A stretch of DNA of 62,260 nt, the filler included, from Schmidtea nova (Eukaryota): NCBI GenBank assembly GCA_044892505.1. It is 5 parts of 2 records of this genome, joined end to end, with 100 filler letters (N's around TTAATTAATTAA, not from the genome) between each part and the next. Parts side by side here need not be neighbours in the genome. Positions count along the whole stretch, not along the records: positions 16,994 to 43,322 come from CM097882.1; 4 more parts are not named here. One strand, given 5' to 3'. Within the stretch, counting starts at the first letter, position 1. Every line of letters starts with the position of its first letter. A program made the position numbers and the translations under genes. The notes under the pieces were generated by a model, which did not search any database, was not told the origin of the DNA, and worked only from the letters and a program-made list of their open reading frames with translations. Below are positions 24,175-36,800 of this stretch, piece by piece.

Positions 24175-24990
24175 TTATTTTACGAAAATGTAGAGTCAAA
24201 TGAATCTTTGTATCTTTTGAAAATTTAATTAATTTTCCACTGTCATCACGAATATTGATTTCAATGTTGTTTATAGTTGAAGTTGAAATCGGTAAATACA
24301 TTGGATTCTTTATTTCAATTTGTACAACTTCACCTTGGTCATATTTCTTGATCCAAATTGATTTTAGGAGGGTAACTCGTACATCTCCAACAGTCATGGT
24401 TCAATAATGTTGCTGTAAATGAACATTTGCTGATTAAGTTGTAAAATTTTGGGGATTTTTACACCAATTATTTCTGTATCAGTATATGTTTGTTTCTGTA
24501 GACCCAGAGATTTGGTTAAATTTGAATCAAAAGTAATTTTTGAAATATTATCCTGAAGAATAATTTTAACCAATTCATTATTGACAAGTTTCATTTCTTT
24601 AAATGGAGATGGATTAATTTTCATTAAATATCCTTGCAATTCCGGTAATGACGTTATGAATAATTCTTCTTGAAAATAATAATCATTAACAGTTTTAATG
24701 TCATAATTTAATAAAATTCCAAATTGTTCAAGACTATTATCATTCGTGAATTTTGGTAATTTTAAACGATAATGATCATTTTCACTTGTAATTGTGATAT
24801 TTGTCAATCCAAAACTTTTTGCATGTTCAAGATCTGGAAATGTAATTTTAAATGGAACATGTGGGCAAACAATCACTAAATAATTATATTTTTCAATAAA
24901 TACATCAGTGTCTGAACTAGGTTGAGAAACTATAACTTGAAATGTTTTATTTTGATTATTAATTCTCAAATAACTAATTTCTTGAATTTC
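24167..24990 (-). pseudogene. Polinton penton/minor capsid protein A (N-terminus lost at Penelope insertion; one frameshift)
   Basis: MFIYSNIIEP|(fs at 24396)TVGDVRVTLL...MYLPIS..INNIEINIRDDSG...LTLHFRKIND; colinear with penton B. Confidence 0.85.
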
Positions 24991-24996
24991 TCCTAT

Positions 24997-25903
24997 TAGG
25001 AGAAAGAAAAAGAGCCATAAGAAACTGTTCAGACGCAAACAAAATACAAGAAACATTAGAAAACTTCAAAATACGATTCCTCCAAAATGGATACCCTGAA
25101 GACTTTGTAAAGAAACACTTCCTTAACGAACCATACCACAATAAACGCAACAATAGAAAACGCCAGAAACACAATAACAATAACAAACACACAACATATC
25201 TAAGATTACCTTTCCTAAATGACACTACAGCCAACAAAATCACCAACATTTTTAATCAAACAGATTTGCCTATCCACATCCGTCCAACGTTCATAACCTC
25301 CGCACCGTTAAAATCACAACTCCGAAAGCCACCAATTTCCAACATCTCCAAACATAAATGTCTTTGCCGTTCCACAACCCGATGCTTTTGCTTTTCCAAA
25401 AATATAGTATATAAACTTTCTTGCCAAAAATGTGACGCTACTTACATAGGAGAAACACATAGAACTTTTCGCACCCGACTTAATGAACACACTAAAATCA
25501 AAACCAGTAATTATTACGAACACTGGGAGAAAGTACATAAAACAACTCCATCTATAGAAGAAACAAAATGCCAGATTCTACAAGAGGGATTCAAAAATTC
25601 ATTACAAAGATTAGCTTCCGAGACTTTTTTCATAAAAAAATACAAACCGTCCATCAACATTCAATTCGCACAAAAAAATTAAAATAAATTTTTTCATCCA
25701 ATAAAATCATTATAAAATATTAAAAAAATAATTAAGGCTACTATTTAGGATTAAGTAAATATAACGATAGAAATACACACTTGATAAAGGCTGTGCCGAA
25801 ATATTGTGTTATTGTTTATAAAAAAAATTTGATCTATAGTCATTATGAGAATTATTGATAATAATAATAAAAAAAGATCAAAGGTGAAAAAAGATAATTA
25901 TGA

Positions 25904-25941
<38 letters not shown>
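24997..25941 (+). mobile_element. 5'-truncated Penelope-like retroelement: RT thumb, GIY-YIG endonuclease and 3' tail
   Basis: Open frame 24999-25682: RAIRNCS...LQNGYP...LRLPF...NIVYKLSCQKCDATYIGETHRTFRTRLNEH...LASETFFIKKYKPSIN. Tail with hammerhead motif ends in (ATT)n. Antisense to the penton it disrupts. Confidence 0.92.
25773..25813 (+). ncRNA. Minimal type I hammerhead ribozyme motif, U3-A8 variant
   Basis: ACAC-[TTGATAA]-A-GGC-TGT-GCC-[GAAA]-TATT-GTGT. Stem I ACAC/GTGT, stem II GGC/GCC, palindromic AATATT in place of stem III, predicted AUU cleavage after 25805. Confidence 0.7.
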
Positions 25942-25943
<2 letters not shown>

Positions 25944-26390
25944 TTCAAAATTTTTCAAAGTTTTTATTATTTTTCAGACTGAACCGAAAATATAAAAGTT
26001 TTTAAAATTAACTTCATTTAAAAATAAATAAATTAATATAAAATAAATTANNNNNNNNNNNNNNNNNNNNNNNNNNNNNNNNNNNNNNNNNNNNNNNNNN
26101 NNNNNNNNNNNNNNNNNNNNNNNNNNNNNNNNNNNNNNNNNNNNNNNNNNNNNNNNNNNNNNNNNNNNNNNNNNNNNNNNNNNNNNNNNNNNNNNNNNNN
26201 NNNNNNNNNNNNNNNNNNNNNNNNNNNNNNNNNNNNNNNNNNNNNCAAAATAATAAAATTANNNNNNNNNNNNNNNNNNNNNNNNNNNNNNNNNNNNNNN
26301 NNNNNNNNNNNNNNNNNNNNNNNNNNNNNNNNNNNNNNNNNNNNNNNNNNNNNNNNNNNNNNNNNNNNNNNNNNNNNNNNNNNNNNNNNN

Positions 26391-26470
26391 AAAAAAATTT
26401 TTTTTGGGGGGGTTAAAAAGTTTTTTTAGGGGGGTCTGTTCCTGTTCTTGGGCGCTCCCCCTACTCTACT
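26391..26470 (+). mobile_element. Candidate Polinton terminus 2 (minus strand reads 5'-AGTAGAGTAGGGGG)
   Basis: ...GCTCCCCCTACTCTACT ends exactly where pPolB copy 3 similarity begins; resembles the 10970 terminus. Confidence 0.55.
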
Positions 26471-27243
26471 AGTAGTCTCGATAAGAATTATTATGAGCTT
26501 TTAAATAATAGTCTGTACGGAAAACAGTCGAAAATTTGGAGAAAAGAATGAATTTGAGACTGTGTAATACTGAACAGAAAATGATAACATATGCTTCGAA
26601 ACCAACTTTTCAAAGAAGTATCAAGATTGATGATGATTTAATAACTGCCTTACTAAATAAAGAATCTATTTGTTTGAATAGACCTAGTTATATAGGTCAA
26701 TCAGTTTTGGATTTATAGAAACTTCGGATGTATTAACTACAATATCTGGAGTTAGCTAAATATCGAGCACAATTCGGTTGCGAAATAAATATTGTTGCTG
26801 GAGATACCGATAGCTTTTTCTTGGAATGTAAAAATGTTAAATTAGATACATTATTACTGGCAATGGTTAATGATAATCTCTTGGATACATTTAATTATCC
26901 TTCGGAACATCCACTCTTTTCAGGAAAATTGGATTCGATTATCGGAAAGCTCAAGGATGAAAGTAAAGGCGATGGAAATAAAGAATGGGTATTTTTAAGA
27001 CCAAAATGTTACAGTTTGTTAGGGGAAAGAAAGCTTAAAAGCTAAAGAAATAACATTGAATGGTACTGACATCAAAAACAGTCGTATAATAACAACAAAA
27101 GGTTTATAGTACACAATGTCGAATTGGTACACAAAATCATCAATTATTAGTTTCTAACAGTCGAAAGTTGCTTTAACAAATGCCAATGATAAAAGAAATT
27201 AGATTAAAAAGAATAAAAGCCCTGCATATGGGTACTGTGGTGA
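26465..27243 (+). pseudogene. polB: Polinton pPolB copy 3, C-terminal part (motif B to end), degenerate
   Basis: STSSLDKNYYELLNNSLYGK(fs)TVENLEKRMNLRLCN...RPSYIGQSVLDL*..AGDTDSFF...FLRPKCYS...NHQL...DKR..AYG, colinear with copy 1. Several stops and frameshifts. Confidence 0.92.
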
Positions 27244-27710
27244 TGAAAGAAAAATGGAAACAATTTACGAAGATAAATTATGTTAAAATATATTTTGTTT
27301 AATAAATCTTATTATAAAAATGTTTTAGTCATTTATAATGTTTTAATGAAATTTTATATTACATTTATTAATCCAAAAACCTATTTTGTGTGTTTATTTA
27401 TTAGTGATTTAGAAAGAAGACTTTTTAGCAATATTTAGCCAAAAGATTTTATTGACCTATTGTTAATATAAGACTAATAAGTACTTAAAGCAATGTGTCA
27501 AATTTTAATTATATATATTTTAAAATTTTACAACACTCTTTTCAAAATACCCATCAAGTAATTGAAAATAAAAGTTATTTTGAAATCGTTGCCAATTTTT
27601 ATTTAAACAAAATATTTAAAAACCACTTTGTTTAAACACACTAAATTTTCGTCAAAATTTGACTATACACACTTAAAAGTCAACCTAATGTTTGTTTACA
27701 CACACGATAT

Positions 27711-27858
27711 ATTCCCGCGAAAGTTCATGTGCACACACCTAATTCCCGCAAAAGTTCGTGTACACACACCTAATTCCCGTCAAAGTTCATGCACACACGC
27801 CTAATTCGCGCCAAAGCTCATGTGCCCATACCTAATTCCCGTCAAAGTTCATGTACAA
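27711..27858. repeat. 31-bp tandem repeat x~5 downstream of pPolB copy 3
   Basis: AATTCCCGNNAAAGTTCRTGYRCACACACCT-like units head to tail with no spacers. Confidence 0.85.
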
Positions 27859-30800
27859 ATTTCAAATTCTTCCTAAAATCTAGTTTACACACACTAATCA
27901 TTTAATCGTAATTCTTAGGGGAGAAGGGGGTCAGTGCGCTAGATGGTAGACATCATACTTAAATATTAATATTAAAGTAAGTAAATAAATATAATTAAAA
28001 TAAAAATCCAAACAGTAAAACAAACACAATTTAAAAATTGCGCAAAAAAGAATTTAAAAATTTCCAAACATTTAAACAAAACACACTTCAAACATCTCAT
28101 TAAAAGATGCGCCATAACTCATACAGATCCAGATAGCTCATAGCTACCTAGTAGCTTAAGAGTCTTGCCATCTTCAATTGACATCGATATGTAGAAATAT
28201 CAATCATACATCATTAACGGGAGATTGCCTGAGATATGGAAATATCACTACAGATAATCGCATAAAAGAAGAGCTAGTATTTATATAGTTAACATATTTT
28301 GTTGCTAACTAAATAGTTTCGGCCAAAGAAGTAAAAATTGGTTACTCAAATTCAACTTAAAAACAAAGAAATTGAGTGTCTAACAGAAACTGAAGTATTA
28401 AAACTGGGATTATCTGTAAACTTTGAACAAATAGATTTTAAGCGGAACCATGTGATATTTACAGAAAATTAGAATATACAATGAAGGAATGCTAATTTTA
28501 CTTAATAATTGTGTTAAATTATACGTCACTGCAAGTCATTGTAAATATAACGAATATATTGTGTTAAACAAGCACGTTAACAAATAGAACCACTTCATAA
28601 TATTATGGTGAAATATAAAATTATTTCTATCAAACTTGTTCGAAAATTTTTAATTGTATTCTGTAAACAGACACAAATAATAGACATTACAACACTGCAA
28701 ATAAACGAAATTTTTACGCAGTTTTAGTACAATAGTGTATATTAAGCTTTGAAAAAAATGTTAAAATTCAATTATGCTAGGTACAATAATGATGATAAAA
28801 TCATGACAGCAATAAATACCAACCAATCAAAATCGATAAGTGGATTAAGATATTGATTTATGAAAACAATAAAATACATACTGACATGCATTTAAATATT
28901 GTTCACTTCTATTTAAATCAATTGGTTGTTTTTCATTTTTATTATTAAGCCAAATTAAGGTAATTAAATGGAGAAGCAAAATATAACTTCAAGGAAACCA
29001 TCTCTAATTGTGGTAAGGAAATTTATATTTTTCAAATATTTATTATTATTATTATTTTTATGTTTAAATCTTCACAAAAAAAAATTTTGTTTATTAAATG
29101 GTTTTAATAAACGCATTAAAATTTATATTTGTTAAAAAGAAAAATAATTTGTCATATTTCTAATACTATCCTGTAAGAGAATGGATTAAGAAATTTTAAA
29201 TTGAAATAATTATAATTAGAGTTATTATGTGTCACACTTAATTGGTATTGTCTTTTAAGCATCAAGTTTGACTATACCGTAATGGACCCATTATGTAACT
29301 GTGCGTGAAGTATTCTTCAATGTCTAAAAATAAATGGAATATAATTAGAATATTTTTTTTATATTAATATAAAAAAATTGTTTTAAATTGGCATACGAAT
29401 TTAAAAATTATTTGATAAACAAAAATAAATGAAAACTTTTGAAATAGTTATGAAGAAATCAAAGTTGAACTAAATAAAAGTTGATAGATTATCAAATGCA
29501 TTTTTAATTGCAAAATTCATTACGAATTAAATCATCAAAATTAAATTACGAAAGCATTAACCAAATTACCGTTTCGTACTTAAATTTATTTAATATATAA
29601 CTCAAAAACAATATAATCACGTACTATAAAATTCAGATAAACTGGAATAAAAAAAATATTTACAGATTTATAATAATTATTTGTCGATTTCACGGGTGAA
29701 TAATCAACTGAAACAACCATAAGCAAATGTTTTGAAAAGTACCAAGCTAATTATAGTGAAATCATTTATTCTTCTATCAACCAATTACTATAAAATAAAA
29801 TCATTTAGCGAAACGCATTTTACACTGCAATGTAATTCAGAACTATTTTTGTCTGCTTGGTTGGTGTCCTCATTCTGATAATTTTTCAACTATTAAATGA
29901 AATTTATTCACTCTTAGCAACATTTTTTATAACTTTAAGTTTCGATAGCTTACTCAACTTCATGTCCTGTATAATAACAAAATTATAAAAAGATTTTATA
30001 TAACTTTTCGATATTATATGTACTTTACTCTTAATCACTACTTTTTAGTTACCTGAACTCGGTTGTGTAATCTGTATGCTCGTAATTTAGTTAACTAAGT
30101 TTTTTGTCAGGGCGTACCCAGGGGGTTCAGATCCTCTTAGATAAGAATGAGCCCATAGTGGCAGTACTATAAATTTAAAATTTTACATTATCTTATTATC
30201 GTTCCGGCAGTTAATTATAATTCTTTCAAATAATTTTAAGCAGTTCGTTTCTCTGAACAGTAAAATATACTTTGCTCATGAATCTTATAAATCATATTCT
30301 GTCTTTACATTTTTTTGTCAAACTCTTCTTCCGTGAACTTCAAAACTTTGATAATTGCAAAGCTGCTTTCTGATTTGTGATACTTAAAGGTAATACAATG
30401 ATGTGCTCGTTAGAATGTTATAAATTATGGGTTAATAGTATTTGAAAGTTACTGCAACTAATTACAACTACTAATCGTGGTGTAATAGTTGTTAGACAAA
30501 AATTTATTTCAAGTAAAAATGAAACATGCATCTATGCATGAAAAAACTGAATGCTCATTTACCTATGAATCGCCGCCTGTGAAGGGAAGCGTACAGAATC
30601 ATTTGACATGGAAAGATTCCTTCACCAGTTTCACTCTCAGAAGAACTTGAAATTGTAGTTATTATCATGAGTTCATTCTATTTCAAACAACGCTTGTAGT
30701 GGTTGACTATTCTGAACTATGGTTATATTATGATATAATGATCATTTATTAATACTAGAAAATTAACCATGACAGTCGAAATGGATCGGACTGTAAGCTC

Positions 30801-33597
30801 CACATAAAATTCCCAAAGCCCCTGTGATTATAGCCTGGCTACAGTGCTGAATTTCACAGGTGATCTGACTAAAAAATATCACCGTATTTATACAAAATTT
30901 GAAAACATGAAATTTATTAATTTTCACATCATTTACAATTAAAATAATTTTAGTGTCTACTCTAACTGTGATAAAAAATAAAGACAATTATTTTTGTTTT
31001 TTACTTTCATTACACTTATTTGATTTAATTAAACAAAAATCTTTAGTAAATTATTATAAAATATTTTCAAAATCAGAAAAATGTATTTCAAATGTAGTTT
31101 TATAACATAATATCTTATACAAATTCCAAATTCCAATCACTAATCATTTTCTGGGAACTTGTCTGCCTTCTGTGTCATCATGTATTGTTCATCCAACATA
31201 ATTGTCAAAATGTCCAATATTTGGATAAATAATATTTATCTACAATAAAAAATAAAATTAGCTTTATACGTATTTTTAAATTAAGACAGCCGAGTTACTT
31301 TTAAATCTAACTGAGATGTATATGAAAAAATAATTAGGAAAATTTTTAGTAATAATTTTCTAACGATATTAAAACTTCAATTTAAAATAGTAATTTCATT
31401 TATTGGAAAATATTATAGTAATTCAAATCTATGGGTTAGAAACTTTTGAATGATATTCAAAATAAATAATAAAATTGCCACTTAATCTTCATTAAAATTC
31501 TATTCTAATATTTTGCTATATCCGCCCACGCTCAAAACATATTTAAATTGAATAGTGCTGTTTAAGCTAGTCATTAAATGATATTTATTTAAAGTGCCCA
31601 GACTCACTCCTGGCGGGCGTTCAACACCAGCTGCCGTCTGTGATTCGAGTGGTCAAAATATTTTAGCACTCACAATAGGATAAACTTAACATAGACGATT
31701 TAAAACAGTTTGCAATGCAAAAAGCTCTCAAAGTTTTTTTATGCAATATTATTGTTAACGAATCGCCGTGTATTTTAAATATTTAATCTGCATGCATATT
31801 GTTAAAAAAATAGCATTCAAATAAGAAATGTGTTAGAAAATTTATTAAAAAGTAATTTTTGTGTAAAACCGTCAGATCAGGTTTGAAGGTTAAATTTTGC
31901 TACGCGTTACAATAATGTGTGCATAAATTTATGCGTTACTTAATAATTTTTAAATAACAGACGTATTAACAAAACTATTTTATCTAATATCACCTGAAAA
32001 GTTTTAGTTATAATTTTCTGATATTACGGTATAAAATCTGCTTAACAGTTTAAATAATAGACTTGATATATGACATAATTTTGACAAACTAGAACATTGT
32101 TTTTAGTGGAAATTCGTGGTCAAAATAATTATAAAGAAAATTGAAATCTTTAAATTGTATTGCCTTTTTTGGGACGAAACACTTGTTCTGCTGACGTGTT
32201 TATTAGGGATACACGATAAAGAGGTTAACTTAATTAATATAAAGTGGATTGTGCTATTATGTCAAAATATAAAAATGCTCCTTAATTTATTTCGAGTATT
32301 CCTTTTCTCTGTTTTTATTTTGTTGAAACCATTTTTAACATAAATTTATTTTGTGTAATATACTTTTATTATAATCTTAATTATCTTTTGGTTTCACCTT
32401 TGGTCTCTTTATTTATATCAATAATTTTCATAATTGTATGACCATAAATGGACTTTTTTGGTTTTTGGGGTATCAAGTGTATATACACTTAGGTAAATAT
32501 AAAAATTCAAAATTTTTTTATAATTATTCATCTTAATTTTAATGGTATAACTGTAAAAAAATTTAAAAATTAATTGTAAAAATTAAAATTAAATAAAAAT
32601 AAAATATTGATAAAAATAAAATTTATTAAAGTAAAGAATAAAATTTTATGTAAAAATATAAACTTATTTTAGAAAAACTAAAATATTTCTTTTCAAATTA
32701 AAATAAATTAAACAGAAAGAACATTCTACAAGCATTTGTTTTACTGCATCAATTAAATTAAATGCTCTGAAAATGGTATAAATAGAAATTCCATTTTCAT
32801 TATTTTTAACACTCTTTTGAGAATTTGAGAAAGTTTCACGAAGAATTGAGGTTTATCTGGAAATTTTGAAAATACTTATCTTCAAATGAAGGAAACTCTC
32901 CACAGTTAGGGTATAGAACATTTGAGAGACATAACTGCTCAAATTTTGGGGATACTGCATCATTCTGTACATAAAAAGGGATGTCAATTTGATGTCTTGC
33001 TCATCCTATGATTGTCTATGCTCTAATGTCTATTATTATTTTCATGGCAAAATAAAGATTTTGGAAAGAGAGATCAGTGTATTTTCGATCGGTAATTAAA
33101 ATGATTTCAGGCACTGAAATGAAATTTTATCTTTTTTGTTCAAATTTCTTGATCTATTAATTTGCTAACTCGATTTGGTATCCCAACTTGTTGCGATGCA
33201 GATACGTCAGCGTATGGTTCACGAGTTTGGAGTGGAATCACCCGAACTGTCCAACCCCATGCTATCGACGCGATATTCAAACCTAGCGTCATACTCACTT
33301 AGATGTGAGATAATGTCGGAGTATCATGCATGTATGGGTTAGGCCAGCGGTTTACAACCTTTATGCTACGGAGCCTCCCCCAAAAAACTTTTTTTCTTGG
33401 CGCCTCCCCATCTTTTTTTTAATATATATAATAATATAAACACTTTTTAAACAAAAATAACTTTATTACAAAAAAAATTAAAACTACAATTAACAGAATA
33501 AAAACAAGGTTTTGCTATAACATACGAACATGTATATTTATTTGTATATTGAATTACTAATTAATCCTACGTCGGTAGCGCCCATTTTCCTTACATC

Positions 33598-34036
33598 GTC
33601 GGTCGCGTGGGGTCTTTAAAAGTCCGGAGCATAGAAAAACCGACATAACTTTTTAATTATTTAAGTTAGAGGTTTGTGTGTCTCAATAGCTGCCTATTTT
33701 TTTAGATGTATAGTTATAAGTATCTTGATGTTTAAAGGTAAAGAATGCCTGGAATTTGACATTTCTTGTTATTATGTAAAAGTGTTTAAATTTTGTTATT
33801 TTTTATTTGGTAATTTTAAACTCGAAGTGCTAAAAATGACGTTTTCTAATAAGTTTGTTTTCTAATAAGTTATAATTTCCATGCCAAAATAAATAACGAA
33901 ATACAAAATATGCTTTATTATCGTTAAATATATACCCACATAACAGAAAAACATAAAAAACCATATACATATAGAAAAAATATATAACATTTCGCCAAAT
34001 AGTGTATTGTGCCTTTAAAGACCCCACGCGACCGAC
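33598..34036. repeat. 23-bp terminal inverted repeat pair (MITE-like, ~440 bp) inside the hAT 3' region
   Basis: GTCGGTCGCGTGGGGTCTTTAAA (33598-33620) and TTTAAAGACCCCACGCGACCGAC (34014-34036). No TSD recognised. Confidence 0.7.
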
Positions 34037-35072
34037 CCCGGGTTAAACTACATCTAAAAAATCAAAATTTAATTCGAAGGTTGTTGCTGTCTATTGGCAC
34101 AAAGTTTATCAAATCTTGGAGGTAATGTGGAGGTTGCCACTCGTAATTCTTTTTCGACTATTAACCTGGCTCGATATTTGGTTTTCATTGCAGCCAGTGC
34201 CGACAAGCCCGTTTCGCATAAATAAGACGTTACAAATGGTAGAAGCACTTGCATTGCTTTGCAATACAGAGATTCATACTCTCCACTAAGATTCATCAAA
34301 AATTGAATTATCGTTTCATTTTGAAACTTTTGTTTTAGTAAACTATCGCATGATAATTCTATTAATTTTTCTCTTTCGATTGTTGACAGCTCAAAGTCGT
34401 CTTCTTCATTGTCGATAAATGGATTTTGTACCCACAAAAACATTGAGAAATCAAGGTTTTTGAAATAATTTGTAAAATGCAGCACCAAACCATCCAAGTG
34501 TTCAATAAAAAGATTTTTGCTTGATTCTATGTTGGCCGTGGTTCAGAAATCTTTTGAAAGTAAAAACATATCTAACTCATTCTTTTGGAAATTTGATTTC
34601 CATAACTTCAGCTTTTTAATGAAAGCTTTAACTTTGTCTTTTTGAACAAGTGGATGCATTTGTGATCCCTGCATTCATTTATTCAAACCGCTCAATTTTC
34701 CAAAAATTTCAACCAAATAGGCAAGTTTCACAATAAATTTATCATTCGTTCACAAATGTGCCTCTTCATGATGGTTTTATTGTATTATCACATAAAAAAC
34801 CAAAACAACAAAATTCTTTTTAGATACAAAGTGAATTAGTTGGAGTTAACACAAGGAAGTTATTTATTTTTATAATAAATATGTACAATTTAAAATAAAA
34901 ATCATAATTTCGTAATCTTTACATATTTTCAATTATTTTGAAATTTAATATTAATAAAATCTTTATCATTTATTTTAATTTATTTACAATTTCTTTATAT
35001 TCATTTTTTGCAGACCTTTTGATAAATATTTATTTTAGTTACTTCGTTTAGTGTTTAAAATTACATAAAGAT

Positions 35073-36040
35073 TTGGGCAATGCTTATTATGAAGTAGAAC
35101 TTGACGATACTTTAAAATTGAAAAAAGCATTCTCCACAAAAAGAAAGCAATATTACTTCAGCAGAATGACATTTGGAATAGTCATCACACTAGCAACATT
35201 TCAAAGACTTATGAACTTAATTTCTGAAGAATTAAATTGGAAAGGAACACTTGTATATCTGGATAATATCTTTATATTTTCAAAGACATTTAATGAACAT
35301 CATAGAACCATTGAAAATGGTTTGAAAAAAAATAAATTTGCAAATTTTAAAATAACTCCATCAAAATGTCATTTCAAGAGGAAAGAAGTAAATATTGTTG
35401 ACCATATTATCGGAAATATTTGAATACGTTGTGGGTGAAAGCAAGATTGAAACTAATAAAAATATTAGAGACCTAAATGCTTAAAAAACACGATAAAAAG
35501 ATTTGTGATGTTTGACAAGCCTGTGAATACTCTCATAAAAGAAATGTGGATACAACAAACCAAAAAAGAAATAATATGCAAAAGGTATTCGAAATTATTT
35601 GAAACAATTTATGTAGATTTTTGTGGTCCCTTAGAACTTGTAATGAGTAAGATATATTCTAAGATATATTCTTGGGCTTATAAATCATTATAGTAAATTT
35701 ATTTTTCTACATGCAGTGAAATGAAAAGATGAAAAAACAGTGGTAAGAGTACTGAAAGTAGAGTGGATAAGGAAGTTTAGAGCACCAAGGATAATAAACT
35801 GTGACAGAAGTAAGTCATTTGAATCAAAGCTATTGAAAGACTTTGCAAAATTCCACAATATTGAAATTAATTATTCAGGTCCATATCATCATTCAGTAAA
35901 TGGACAGATTGAGAGACAATTTCGTACAATTAAAGATGGAAAACCGATAAAAATTAAAAATAAAAGACATAAATCATGGGTAAATGTTCTTCTCGAAGTA
36001 CAGTTTATGAGTAATTCTACTTTTCAAAAATCTATTTAGA
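35073..36040 (+). pseudogene. Degenerate, internally deleted Ty3/Gypsy pol (RT and integrase fragments)
   Basis: AFST..QYYFSRMTFG....ATFQRLM...VYLDNIFIFS..SKCHF (RT); IYVDFCGP, IINCDRSKSF, GPYHHSVNGQIER (IN). RNase H is missing. Confidence 0.85.
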
Positions 36041-36734
36041 AGACTCCAGCTGAAATGGTTTGTGAAAAAATGATTTATAGTGAAAAGTCCTTAGAGATAT
36101 GCGAAGAAAAAATATCAATCAGAAGACAAATCGTGAAATTCAAATTAGAGATTACGAATCAATTTTGGAATTCCTTTTCCTTTTTGTATTTATTAATTAA
36201 AAATGACCTTTTCTTGTTAATTAATCGACTTTTTTTATATCACTGCCACCTTCTCATTTCTCAATTTTTGCTCTTCCTTTCCTCCTTTGCCGAATTTCAA
36301 ACATCAAATTATTTACTCTGTCTATCTTCCCCTAATCATTTTACTTATTTGTGATAATATTTAATTTATTAATTAGGTTTCCTCAACAAATTAAATATTT
36401 TGATTATAAAATAATATAAAATTTAGTAAAATTAAAATTTTTAAATACTCTACGAAAATGCAAGAATTCAAAATGTCACTTGTTTAATGTCAAACTTTTT
36501 GTTTCAATTTATTTTTACTGTAATTGTAGTTTATGAAGACTCATTAAAAAAAAGAAAAACGGTATATGAAATTAAAAAAATGCAAAATATTCTTTTTTTT
36601 TTATCTTTTTGCACTTTCTGGTAGAAACTTTAGATGAAATAATTTTATAACAATAAATTAACAATAAATAACTGCAAATGAAGCATATGTATATAAAAGA
36701 TTACTTACTTTTTTCTGTGAATGGTACTGTAACA

Positions 36735-36800
36735 CAGCGGTTTCCAACCTTTATGCTACTGAGCCTCCCCCAAAAAAATTTTTATTGGCGCCTTATCTTT
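36735..36800 (-). mobile_element. Second, internal copy of the hAT 3' end
   Basis: CAGCGGTTTCCAACCTTTATGCTACTGAGCCTCCCC...GGCGCC in the same orientation as the 33345 end. Confidence 0.85.

Noticed and set aside
27711-27858. CRISPR-like appearance of 22-, 27-, 30- and 31-bp repeats
   Set aside because: Head-to-tail units with no unique spacers, in eukaryotic context with no cas genes.
30500-33300. GC-richer islands with splice-like signals suggesting a minus-strand host gene
   Set aside because: Could not assemble a consistent frame or recognise any domain; needs transcript data.
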